From: Phoronis australis
Lineage: Eukaryota > Animalia > Phoronida
DNA: 64,000 bases
Direction: 5' to 3'
NCBI GenBank assembly: GCA_002633005.1
Contig: NMRA01000113.1
Location: 72,797-136,796 of the forward strand
Positions within the stretch are counted from its first letter, which is position 1. Every line of letters begins with the position of its first letter. Shown here in pieces: positions 24,162-36,900 of this stretch. The notes under the pieces were generated by a model, which did no database searches, was not told the DNA's origin, and saw nothing but the letters and a program-made list of their open reading frames with translations. The translations under genes and the position numbers were made by a program.

Positions 24162-24589
24162 GATGTCGGGTCAGTGGAGAAAATAAGGTTGTCCCAGTTG
24201 GCGAGGCTTATTCACCGGTACCAGGACGAATGTGCAACTGTATAGATGGACCCAATCCCTTGCATCTTGACTCTATCGAATTCTATCACCTAGACTGCCG
24301 CCAGGTCGACAAACACAACAGCTGGCCAATCGCTCCAGAAATGTCGCATTATAATGTCGTAGAGCCACCCAAAAAGACCGGAGGGGACAAAATATTGTCA
24401 CTGCCCATCCTTGTGGAGCCCAGACCTACCCCAAAACACAAGCTACCGTATTTGGAGAGAGGTGACAAAAAGCCTTTCGTAGTCCCGCCTCTGCGGAAGA
24501 TGGTTGCCCCTTCCGTGACAACGCCTCCGCTGAAATACAAAGTTCCCAAGCTGCCGATGAAGTATCCTACTCCAAGGAAACAACAGTAG
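24162..24589 (+). CDS. Secreted Cys-rich protein, exon 4 (second 4-Cys module plus Pro/Lys-rich tail)
   Basis: TTGTTGCAG acceptor, open frame to TAG, AATAAA near 24703. Total CDS 792 nt = 263 aa. Confidence 0.85.
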
Positions 24590-25789
24590 CGTAACTGGCA
24601 CCTTTTAGCTAAAATGATAATAAGCCCTGTTTTTGCAATTTCTTCAAAACTGGTTCTGTCACCTGCTATGAAATAATCTCCTCACTGAGAGGGACATTAT
24701 TCAATAAAAAAATACCTTGTTGTGTTAAACAGTAGGTCCTGCACTCGGGGTTTTATTAGAATATATTTTTGACAGGGAAATTAAGGTTACCCACACATTT
24801 AAAGATTGGATTCGAAAAAGAGACCCATTTATTGAGAGCTTCCACGAAAATGTAATCTTAATTATTTTTTGTTAATTTCTAGAAGAGGGTTTAGTATTCT
24901 TTTATTCTTATCGTGCCAAAATTTCTGGTATAAAGCAGACAACGGTACCATTCAGAGGCTCACTTTCACCGGGGAACAGTCATTTGATGATTTGGTAGCG
25001 GTTTTGAATAACGCGATTACGTCAGAGCCGCCGTAATTATCAGTGGCCAGGTGTCGCCCCGGCTGCAGTAGATTCTTTCGTTTTAGCGTTGGAAAACATT
25101 GTTATTTATTCTGTAATCTTCAAATCTGAAATAAACGTGCACAGTTATATTATTATTCGTCTGATTTTTGAGAGTTTGTTACCACATACTAATATTCAAC
25201 ACCACATTTACAAAACGGATTTCCGTGCGCCTGGTGGTATTATAGGAGTTATAAAATGCTGTGCATCCGACTTCGATGGTTTTTGGTAGAACTTGACATT
25301 TTTGTGTTGAGACACTTGTTTCATTTACTTTGATTAGAGGTGATTTCTTAGCCCCGGGAGAACTGGCCAGTTGCTGCCGCTGAAGCCAGGACAGTTTCTA
25401 ATCAGACGCAATCTCAAGTTCCAAGACTTTCCGCCAGGGCGTTACTTTCTTACTTGCCGTTTAGGAGAAACGCGAACTTTTGTCCTTTACTCCTTGCTAC
25501 ACATTGATTCGTCATTAAACAAGTATTGGTTATTTTTTAAAACAAATACATTGCATTTAAGAACTATATACAAATAAAACACAATTCTTGACTGGTCACA
25601 ACTTTTCGAGCCACCCTTATTATGGAACGCCAATGTGTACCTTTCTCTGCGTTGAAACATGGCCATAGTGGAGCACAACTTCGAAACTGTCCTTGTACAT
25701 ATGGAGAAAGTCTTCTGCCATTTTGAGATTTGAGAGCGGAATAAAATACGCGTTAAATAAATGCGCGCACCCAGGGGAGGGGGGCTCGG

Positions 25790-26450
25790 NNNNNNNNNNN
25801 NNNNNNNNNNNNNNNNNNNNNNNNNNNNNNNNNNNNNNNNNNNNNNNNNNNNNNNNNNNNNNNNNNNNNNNNNNNNNNNNNNNNNNNNNNNNNNNNNNNN
25901 NNNNNNNNNNNNNNNNNNNNNNNNNNNNNNNNNNNNNNNNNNNNNNNNNNNNNNNNNNNNNNNNNNNNNNNNNNNNNNNNNNNNNNNNNNNNNNNNNNNN
26001 NNNNNNNNNNNNNNNNNNNNNNNNNNNNNNNNNNNNNNNNNNNNNNNNNNNNNNNNNNNNNNNNNNNNNNNNNNNNNNNNNNNNNNNNNNNNNNNNNNNN
26101 NNNNNNNNNNNNNNNNNNNNNNNNNNNNNNNNNNNNNNNNNNNNNNNNNNNNNNNNNNNNNNNNNNNNNNNNNNNNNNNNNNNNNNNNNNNNNNNNNNNN
26201 NNNNNNNNNNNNNNNNNNNNNNNNNNNNNNNNNNNNNNNNNNNNNNNNNNNNNNNNNNNNNNNNNNNNNNNNNNNNNNNNNNNNNNNNNNNNNNNNNNNN
26301 NNNNNNNNNNNNNNNNNNNNNNNNNNNNNNNNNNNNNNNNNNNNNNNNNNNNNNNNNNNNNNNNNNNNNNNNNNNNNNNNNNNNNNNNNNNNNNNNNNNN
26401 NNNNNNNNNNNNNNNNNNNNNNNNNNNNNNNNNNNNNNNNNNNNNNNNNN
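25790..26450. other. Assembly gap
   Basis: Run of N. Confidence 1.
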
Positions 26451-27877
26451 GGTTGATTACTGTTACAGGTGTTTTAAGCTCATTGTCGTCTTTTTATCTT
26501 TATACATGTAAGCCTACCTTTCACGATTTCACTGCAAATGATTTACACAATGCAACTTCGGCTGCCCGAATGTTTGTAAAGTGACTTCCTGTCCGCTGAC
26601 CGTGTGAAGCATGATATTCAAATTTAACAATAACTTAAAATTTTAAAACCAGCTTCATGCTTGGTTCTCGTAATTAATACCTTCAAAACGTAACATATTT
26701 TATGAACTTGGCTGTGTAGGCTCCTACATGTGTAGGAATATTTGTTATCAATTTTCGACTCCAAAAATATGACAGCTAGGTCATTGGCGGAAATCAGACT
26801 TGAAACCGTGACCAGCCAGTATCGCTGCTTAGCACTGCATGTCGAGTGTAAATTCAGCTGCCTGAAACACGGCCGTTGCTCATATACATTCCACTTTCGC
26901 GTATTAGTTGTTTTGTTAATCAATTATAGGACGCTTACAAAAAGCTGTACTGTGTTACTTCAATAAAACTCGGTATGCTTTATCTTGGTCAATTAGCACA
27001 GATACTATGGAATGATTTATGACAATGTTATCAACCGCTTTCAAGTAATCAATAAACACTCCACTTCGTTTTTAAGTACAAATCTTGTTCAGTACTTCAA
27101 AACATGATAAAAATGTTAAGAAATGTCAGAAACTTGTGGTAAGCTTGTAATCAATAAGCTCTATTGAGTTATGACGAGTTGTTATTCAGAAATTGGACAG
27201 ACGTAACCTAGCATATATTTGGCCTACGTGTATCGTGGCAATGAAACCTGAAACTCTTCATTTCTTCCTGAACATTGAACCGAATCGTACAAGTAGCTAT
27301 ATTGGAAGTAATACTTTTTCAATAAAAAGTTTTGCTCAAATGTTTAAAATTACAGGCCAAAGTTTTGCTGAAAAAACACCTCAATATCGCGCGGAATCTC
27401 TCGGGATCTTACTTTTCTAGAGAAGTACTAGCGTTATTGAACTCGACCCAGGCCTCCACAATTTCTGATCCATTTAGTTATCTTTACATCAAAATGTTTA
27501 AATCTCATGCTGATAACGTCAACTATAACAGCCAAGACCACATTACGGTATCAAAGATAATCATGGGCTCTACATTGTTCATGGCGACGGCCACTATGCG
27601 GTTGACACGTACCCATGCGCGCACCCAGCCTTCAATATGGGGGGCTCTAATTCCTGACGTTGTGGACCTTTTGGTAACCGTTGAACTGAAAAACGGGACC
27701 ACCACTGTGAATTGCGCGTTTGTGCTTGTTTAGTGGACTTTTGTCTCATTTTCTCGGAATTTTTGTTTCTCAGAGGCGAACCTTTTTTCCCACTTCGCCA
27801 ATTGGGGGCTCGTTCGAGCCCCCCGAGCCCCCCTGGATGTGGGCATGTGTACCTTATGTATCTACTCTTGTTTACAG

Positions 27878-28054
27878 GATGTGTTGATGGCGAAGGCAAA
27901 GAGCACCACCCCTACCATGGCGCCTGGGCGGAGGGTCGTAATGAATGTCGCTGTTTCTTCGCCAGCTCCATGCCTGAAATGAACTTTCGACTTCCGAAAG
28001 ATTTAAGCCCTGAAATCGGACTTCCAAATTTCTACAAAAGTTGCCAGAAAGCAG
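27878..28054 (+). CDS. Duplicate copy, exon 3 of the secreted Cys-rich protein
   Basis: Same splice sites and frame as 23512-23688, with one I>N change. Confidence 0.75.
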
Positions 28055-28529
28055 GTACAAAGAACTTTGCAGCTCTTGAAATGTCACGTGGTTGGATCTT
28101 GTAGACGAAGTATTGTGGGAAAATGTAACACCAGTGGAAATTTGGAAAACACCTTGGAAATTTGAAGCAAACAAAGAAATGACATTCGGATTACCAATCT
28201 TTCCTCCACCATTTCGTCAAGTGCTGAATACTGCTATCTCATTTTTGGTCGTGACATTAATAAAGATACAATAACGACACAACATTTCACAAGAACTTTC
28301 CTTATATTTGGATATATACATGAATACGTTGTCAGCCATTTCGCTGAACTAGTTCAGTCAAGCATCGTTAGTTTCGCCTCGAAACTTCAAGATTGTAACC
28401 GCGTCCACACAAGCATCTATTTCAAATAACCACTCAAGAATGTATCGATAAGTTCCGAATCAAAGTTTCATGAGTTATAGAAGATTAATCGGAGTTCCAC
28501 GCTCTTAATTGTTAATTGCTTTGTTGCAG

Positions 28530-28945
28530 GATGTCGGGTCAGTGAAGAAAATAAGGTTATCCCAGTTGGCGAGGCTTACTCACCGGTACCAGGACGAATG
28601 TGTAACTGTATAGATGGACCCAATCCTTTGCATCTTGACTCCATCGAATTCTATCACCTAGACTGCCGCCAGGTCGACAAACACAACAGCTGGCCAATCG
28701 CTCCAGAAATGTCGCATTATAATGTGGTAGAGCCACCCAAAAAGACCGGAGGGGACAAAATATTGCCACTGCCCATCCTTGTGGAGCCCAGACCTACCCC
28801 AAAACACAAGCTACCGTATTTGGAGAGAGGTGACAAAAAGCCTTTCGTAGTCCCGCCTCTGCGGAAGATGGTTGCCTCTTCCATGATAACGCCTCCGCTG
28901 AAATACAAAGTTCCCAAGCTGCGTATTCCAAAGAAACAACAGTAG
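28530..28945 (+). CDS. Duplicate copy, exon 4 of the secreted Cys-rich protein
   Basis: Same acceptor, open to TAG, 12 nt shorter near the C-terminus (KLRIPKKQQ). Confidence 0.75.
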
Positions 28946-30416
28946 CGTAACTGGCACATTTTAGCTAAAATGATAATAAGCCCTGTTTTTGCAATTTCTT
29001 CAAAACTGGTTCTGTCACCTGCTATGAAATAATCTCCTCACTGAGAGGGACATTATTCACTAAAAAAATACCTTGTTGTGTTAAACAGTAGGTCCTGCAT
29101 TCGGGGTTCTAATAGAATATATCTTTGACAGGGAAATTAAGGTTACCCACACATTTAAAGATTGGATTCGAAAAAGAGATCCATTTATTGAGAGCTTCCA
29201 CGAAAATGTAATCTTAATTATTTTTTGTTAATTTCTAGAACAGGGTTTAGAATTCTTTTACTCTTATCGTGCCAAAATTTCTGGTATAAAGCAGATAACG
29301 GTACTATTCAGAGTTTCACTTTCACGGGGGAACAGTCATTTGATGATTTGGTAGCGGTTTTGAATAACGCGATTTCGTCAGAGCCGATGTAATTATCAGT
29401 GGCCAGGTGTCTCCCCGGCTGCAGTAGATTCTTTCGTTTTAGCGTTGGAAAACATTGTTATTTATTCTGTAATCTTCAAATCTGAAATAAACGTGCACAG
29501 TTATATAATTATTCGTCTGATTTTTGAGAGTTTGTTATCACACACTCAAATTCAACACCACATTTACAAAACGGACTTTTCCTGCGCCTGGTAGTATTAT
29601 AGTAGTTCATGAATTGTTTCCTACTAAAAAGTGATGTAGTAAATACATGTTTCTTTAATAAACGTAGAAAAACTGACCAATTTGACTTTTGACTACTTGC
29701 CGCAATAACAGTGGTCTCAGTTTGTTCTCTGCGGTTCAGATGAGAAGTGATTTTTTTGGCCTTGCGAAAATGGCAGTTCGTTATTGCTCGAGACGATGCT
29801 TGCTGAATGAAATGACACGCCGTGACAAGTCAATTCATAGAACATTGTCTCAAGCAATAATGAACTTTGAGTTCCTTCCAAACCCAGATATGAGACTTAT
29901 TATGATTAAAAAGAATTTGAGATCAATTTCGTAACGGTAAGTGGTCCTAAATCAAAAGTCGTTTTGGTGTCGGAAGCGAGTTTATAGCTACTGTTCAGCT
30001 ATTGATTTGTTTGAGGGTGATATCATGACTCGTTTTCCGCGTTCGATCTCAGAAAGTTTGCTATATTTGTTCATGGCTGTCTCCTTCCCAGATCTTCACA
30101 ATCACGTGATAAAATCATGATCCGTGAAGCCTGCAGCCCTGCAAAGGTGCTGGAATTTCTCACCATATGTTCGGGTACAACTATTCATTAGAGTAATGGT
30201 GTTCTATAAATGCATGTTGGTGACATTGATTAAATATTTAATGAAACCAATAATACGGTCGACACGCGCCCGGCCGCAACACTGCGTTACGTCGTCCGGT
30301 CGATATATCGACGAACTCGTAGGATAACAGCACTGAGTCAACGCGCCCAGACGCGAATGTCTTAGAACCAGTACTGGAGTGTGTTGCCAACGACGCAAAA
30401 AAGTTGAAACTTCAAA

Positions 30417-31541
30417 ATGCAGTCGGGGGTTCAGTTGCATCGTGTGATCAAACTCAACGACAGATTCGGAACTCACGTCTTCACATTCATTCTTCCCAAG
30501 ACGTTAGGAAAAGTGATGACTCGAGATGTATCCACGCGAGAGTTCCTGTGCGGTAACCAGAAATGGTTTGCTACGTTCATTTGTACGGATACGCACGTTG
30601 GTGCTTACCTGAACTTGAAGAACGCGACTGAAGGAATGAAAGTGACAACAGATTTCTCCATAACTTTGTTAAATAGAGTTCATTTCACCAGGAACGAGAC
30701 CTATCTTGAAAAGGGGTTTGAGTTTACGAAGGAGAAACCTGCACATGGAAGGAAAACTTTTGTGGGTATTTCGGATTTGACTAACAGAGATTTCGCTCAA
30801 GACACCGGGGAATATGTTATTGAGGTGGAAATTAGAAATGTCAAAACTTTGGTTGATTTAGTGATTCAGATACCAAAAGATAAACTTCACAATATTAAAC
30901 AACATGAATATCCAAAATTTGAGACTTCCTTCTTTACTTTCGGTGGTTTCGAGTGGCACGTGACGGTGCACCCAAATGGTGAAAGTCGCGAAAACCGGAA
31001 ACCGTTCATAAGCCTTACGAAGTTGTCAAACTTTGACCATTTTTGCAAAGTAAAATACCGAGTGCAAGTAGGACCAAAAGAGAGGATGTTGGACTCTGGT
31101 GTTCTTACGCATTTATTTGATACTGGTGGTGGAGGTGACGTTTTTTACCTTAAATGTAACCTTTACCAACTCATGACAACAAAAGGTCGACTGAATGTTC
31201 GGCTTGAGTGTCATTCAGTTCAGGTGATCAGTTTCTTAGAAATTCCAGCATTAGACAGAAAGAAATCTGCACCGTCCGCACATTGCTATGATCGGGAGAA
31301 ACAAGCATGGCTGTTAGAAACGGATATCAAGGGTCAGTATTTGAAACTTAAACTCTACTACACAGATATCAAGCAAGTCCCCCGAGGATATTCACGCTAC
31401 GTTTGTTGGAAAGCCAGCGTGATTCCTGCTTACGGAACTACAGGAGAAATCAAAGCGACAGGATCTCCCTTCTCCAGCTCATTTGTACAAAAAGAACTGC
31501 ATGACGGTTACGAAATGATGACCAACATCCAAGTGAAAAAG
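30417..31541 (+). CDS. Multi-MATH (TRAF-like) domain protein, exon 1
   Basis: 375 open codons with MATH-like motifs (SREFLCGNQKW...GAYLNL...DFSITLLNR; TSFFTFGGFEWHVTVHPNG). Donor AAG|GTAAGA, phase 0. Confidence 0.88.
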
Positions 31542-33591
31542 GTAAGATCGATACCTGCAGCAACTAAATGAGTGTTCAATAGCGCTTTCATAGCCATGGT
31601 CTTAGCAAAATTGGTTTTCTTGTTTTTTCATGAATAATTGATCTTTCAGTTTCAATGCAGCCAGTAACGATGCTTATCTCGTATGATAGTAAGCTCATTC
31701 CCCACAGGAACAATTTTCTCCATACTGTTTTCAAATGACTTTTCGCGTATCTGTTGCGCTCGCCCAAACGTACTGTTTGACTGCACTGATGGCGCGTGAC
31801 AGTCTGAACACTGAGGTCATTTGAAGAAAAAACCACTGAAGTAAACTGAATAGTAATGTAATATACCGTCTGCTGATTACACGATATATGCTCGTGTTGG
31901 GTATGGAACAAAAATAATTGTCCCCATGAAAAACCTGAAACTATCAAGTCAGACATGAGTTGTAAGCATGCCTTCCTTCACAAAAGCGAATTTTTGGTTT
32001 AGACCACACACTGTTATGTATCTCAATTTGATTCTTAGTCAACTTGGGGATGACTCAGGGCTTTGAAAGAACTGGAAGTTCGACATTTCTTCAGACCAAG
32101 CTGATAAAATTTCAGGTCATAACATAATATGAAATTTAATAAACTTGAACTGAAAAAAATAGTTCTTATCGAGCACCGAGATCACTTCTCAACCGAGGAA
32201 GAATCTAGAAAATGCCATTTTTGACAGAGCATGGGTTTAATCCACCCATAACAACGTAACCAAGGATACGTAGTCGCTCTTGCGCCCACTAGGTGTTTGC
32301 ATTTTTCCGTGCAAAAATGCAAAAGAAACGCAATATTGCAGGGCACATTTACAAGACGTATTTTGTGAGAATGTCCAAGTTGCTAAGGTTACAGGCCTTG
32401 TACGCACTTGGCAGGCTGCCAGCAAATAAATTGAATTCCTTAGTTACAACACCACGTATCATTGCTAGCGACTTGGAGGATCAGCCCAAGTGCGGGAGAC
32501 TGATTTTTTAATTTCGAAAGAGCAACCTTTAATCAATCAAATCAATTTTATTTCTGTGATAAAGGCCATAAGCCCGTTTTATGAAAAATAACATTTTAAT
32601 TACTCAAGGGCGTAATAAGTTCTCACAAAGTTGTGAGGTTGAGATAACATACTTACAAACGTTAACGAGTTGGTCTTTAATGATTGTACACACAAGTTTA
32701 GTGAATTTAGATGTGGAAAAGTGTTTAAAGAAAAATATATTGACACGTATTTCTATAATTTCAATGTGTGTACTTAAATTAAAGGAGGAAAATGGGTTTC
32801 CTCCTCAATTATTGAGGTAGAAGGGTCACATTCCTAATGCCCGCTAAATATCTAAGTATCCAGCTACTTCAATCTGCAGTTGGGGATTTGAAAAGCAAAA
32901 ACATGCCATGTACATTATTTGTGGCGTAACTTTTGGAATTCGAACATTGCAAATTACAATTTGTTCAATTTTTCTACGAACTGTACAAATTGTTATTGGG
33001 AAAGAAATTAAATGAAACGCCTACATGTAATGGCTACGATATAGATATATATTTCACCTATGAGGTGAGGTTTCAAAAAACATGGCAATCGATTTTCGCA
33101 TCTTCTCTAATTCATAAGTTTGAGCTCATTCACGGATAAAACCCTTTGAACTAAAATATTGTGGATCTGTTCAAAGCGTTGCACTGCAGCTTACTATTTT
33201 CTTGAAATGTCATTTGATTCCTTCGCATAGAAGCTCACACGTGAGAAAATTTGTACCAAATTCTCTAATTCTAGTGCGGTACTTGTAAACGCAAACCACG
33301 CAGCGTAAGGATAAATCAATGTAAGTATTTGAATCGGCGTGAGTACGCACAATATATGTGCAGGAACTGACAAACGCAAACCCAAGTCTGTGTATAGATA
33401 TGTAAACAGTAAAACAATCGCTCGAATTGATCATCATCGTATGATTACTGGCTTTAAACGCGCATAATCAATCTCAATGGAAACGGGTAAATGTGTGATA
33501 ACTGTAAATATGGAATATCGTTTCCAGATATTCCAGCTGCTTTCAATGTTCAAACTAAAATTTACGAATTGGTACACAATAGAAGCAGCAG

Positions 33592-33956
33592 AGGCTTGTT
33601 TCTCGAAGAGTCTATTGGATTTTGACTGGTGGCTCTCGGCTAAAAATCAGACTAGGGATGGCTTAGTCTACGACTAAGTCCAGATAAGAACTATGCACTC
33701 ACCAAAGGTCCTTCAATAGAGTCTCGATTTTCTTTTGACTTAAGCCAAGAGTCAGATATCTGATCACGAACGGTCAAGCGCTTTTCTTTGTGTTTTGACT
33801 TCGGCCTTAGTCTGGTCCCGAGCATGCTACCTTTTGGCTTAGAGATGTAGAAAGTATGTCGACTTTCAGTGTTAGCCTGATTCCGTGAAACAGCCATCCA
33901 TAGACTGATTATTAGCCATAAGTCAAAAGACAATAGACTTTTTGAGGAACGGCCCC
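33592..33956. mobile_element. Palindromic MITE-like element (PIF/Harbinger-like ends)
   Basis: Inverted ends GGCTTGTTTCTCGAAGAGTCTATTG / CAATAGACTTTTTGAGGAACGGCC. Confidence 0.6.
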
Positions 33957-36900
33957 AGGAGCTTTAAGGAAACACTGGTATCTTTGTGTTGAAGTAAAAT
34001 ACCTCCATGACCACACCAGATCTTTATCAAGGCACTAGTGTTTTTATGCTAATTCTAGATCTACTGATGCAGACACCTTACACAATTAAGACCGGGACAG
34101 AAGATGTCTTCATTTAGACAACACATAATCTCAATTTTTTCATCTGCAATTACTTTCGCAGCACAAACGAGATTTGTCGAAATTCGCAGGAAAATGTATT
34201 TGCGTAACAAAAAGCGAACATTAGACCCAAAACAGTAGTATTTGATTTCGGTCGCGTGCGTGATAACACTCATTCACGTAAATAAGTGAGAAAACGACAT
34301 TTTAGTTGTTGTGAATACGGGAGATTAATGGTAAATAAATAACTATAACTTAATTATTCATTTGATTTTGCTATAGAATACTAATAACATAGAAACGTCT
34401 GTGCATATTATGTGCGTTAGACCTCAAACCCAGGGGCATGCTTCACTATAAAATCTTAACCGTTACAACCAATCTTAACTTGAAGGGACAATTCGCCGCT
34501 GTTTAGTTGTCAATGCTGAATTCCTGACCGAATCGATTTGGGGTTTAAAAACATTACCATATTAATCCGATTTTCAATTATATCCGCGCGAGTCTGCCAC
34601 TCAAGGTACAGGCATTGCGAACGTGCGAATTTGCAATTTTAGGGTTAACTCTGAAGCGTTGGTGGTTTTGATGTTTTGCTTGGTAACAGAAATAGAATCC
34701 ACTTTCAATAAGGGAAATCATGAGAACGATTTTACGACAGTAAAAGACCCAAGTCGATTTTCGATCTTTGTTTGTAGACAGTTAAGCGGGCCGAAATGCA
34801 CCTTTTAAGTTGTCGACTAAGTCTCAGTTTAGACGCTTTGTCAAAACGTTGTAAATGACGACATTTCAGTGAAACCAGCCCAAGGACACCTCCTTTGACT
34901 CGTAAACATGTGGGTGAAGCGCATGATCAGGCTACACTGGGCATATTCTCAAACTTGTGAGTGGAGCGCATAGTCTAAGTGGCGGACCTAGGACCTAGGA
35001 TAACATAAGGGGGGGCAACATGTTGCCTCGAAGAATTGGGCAAATTGTGACCGTGTTCCCAAATATATCGGCGGACTAAAAAAACGGCGACACGAATCCG
35101 CCACGCCCCGGGCGTGAGCCCGCCCCCTTCGTTGCCGTTCCTAATTAATGTACTCTATATTTCCTCACGCTCTTGCTGTTAATTTTGCTTCCGCCTATGA
35201 GTCTACATCAGGCATAATTCATGGCATGGTATGCTCGTTCAGCATTTGAGAGCAATGTCGAGTAGGGAGATATCTTGAATGATTTTGAGTCGGAAATGGC
35301 TGATTTGATGAGTATCCTAACCTAGTGCGCAATGTAGACTTGACATTCAATTTCCCCGAGCAGTGAAAGAACTAACGCAAATAAAAACAAAATCGAAGAT
35401 TAGAAACACAAGGAAGAAGTCTTCAAAACCCGCACGTTATCAGGCTAGATGATCAGGACGAGACGTGCTTACAAGTGGCACAATATGCATATGGGAATGA
35501 TGTTACGTGTTCGCTTTGTTTAATTTCCGTTCCGCCTGGGGTATTCACAAAATTGCTGCATAAAGTTGGTGGTTGCTTATTTATATGGGCACATATTCAC
35601 ACCGTAAAAAGCCTCGTCTTACGACTATACGATTTCCTTGAACGTGCGAATTATCAATTGGACAGGCTGACACTTACAGGAAATATCAAAGGTAATATAA
35701 ATGTTTGTGAATTTATATCTCGTAATTGAATAGATCTGGGGTTTTAATTGGCTGCATAAGCTGAAAACGTCAAAATGAAAACATAAATCTCCATTTACTT
35801 AAGGTTTCCAAATCTGTATAACTGACGTTTTTCCTTTAAGAAAGACACGTGTAGTCACCCAATCAACTGGTAGCTTAAGATCACGGTAGTTTTCCAAAGA
35901 CCTTTTCATGTTAATCTCAAGTGAATGATGAGTTTCCGATCTGAAAGACACAAAACGATATGGGAAAAAGGTGTTTTCATCAAGCCTAATTAGCTAAGTA
36001 GTACGCTTTGTAATGGCGATGATGCGTCATTTCGAAACAAAAGCAATATGTTGTTGAACGGGCTTAATTTAATTACATTCCCGGATCGTTTACGGAGATT
36101 AAGTCTACACTCGGAAATAAACCACTTCAGTACAAATGAAATGCGTTGAACTCGATCACTAGGCGTCAGGAAAACTTGCGCGTATCGTACTAGGTAAAAT
36201 CAATCTAATTATGCTGCAATGCAAGTATCGAAAACTTTCGACTGCCTGCGTGCTTCACGTGAGCGCCATTGACCTGTCTAGGGTTAGAGAACGAATAGTT
36301 CACGGTTTCTATAGTTACCGTTGCACAGTCCCACAAGAGCAATGCCAATATGGCGGAAGAGTACTATAGCAACATCTTCTACGATTCGTTTTTCATAATA
36401 TTTCACTGAAACTGAAGCCATATAGAGCCGCATTATCAATATGAGTCCCGCGAAAACAAACTGTTGCACGCTGTGGTACCTCCACGATACCAAACCTTTC
36501 GGTTCGTTCACAGCTTTCGCCTTCCCATTATACCTCAAGCTTCTGCCTGATCAATTCAAGCATACCCCGTACCTGCAGTAACTTCTTCGCATTGCGCTCT
36601 TATGTTCGACGACAAGATTAGGTGCCCTATTTCATAAACAAATGATAGAGAGAAAAAACACGTGACTAGCCTGAACTCCTACTAAGGCTGAAAACTCCAT
36701 TAAAAAAGCAGAGGTGTTCCAGATAGTTTACTCCAGATTGTCAGAATGAAAGCGTCGATACTATTCACGTAACACTAGCCAGTACATCAGTAAAAAGGCG
36801 ACAGTTTTGAATAAAGGTTTCCGAATCACAGATTAAGGGGTATTTTTTATTGCCCATTTGCTCCGAATTCCTTGATAAAAATATAGCAGATTTTAGGTGA

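Larger units (their letters stand above)
26451..29608 (+). repeat. About 3.15-kb near-identical direct duplicate of 22090-25250
   Basis: Colinear through intron 2, exons 3-4 and the 3' flank, with scattered substitutions and small indels. Confidence 0.97.

Noticed and set aside
36284-36538. Hydrophobic 84-aa minus-strand ORF as a nested gene
   Set aside because: Non-ATG start, no convincing splice partner and no recognisable motif.
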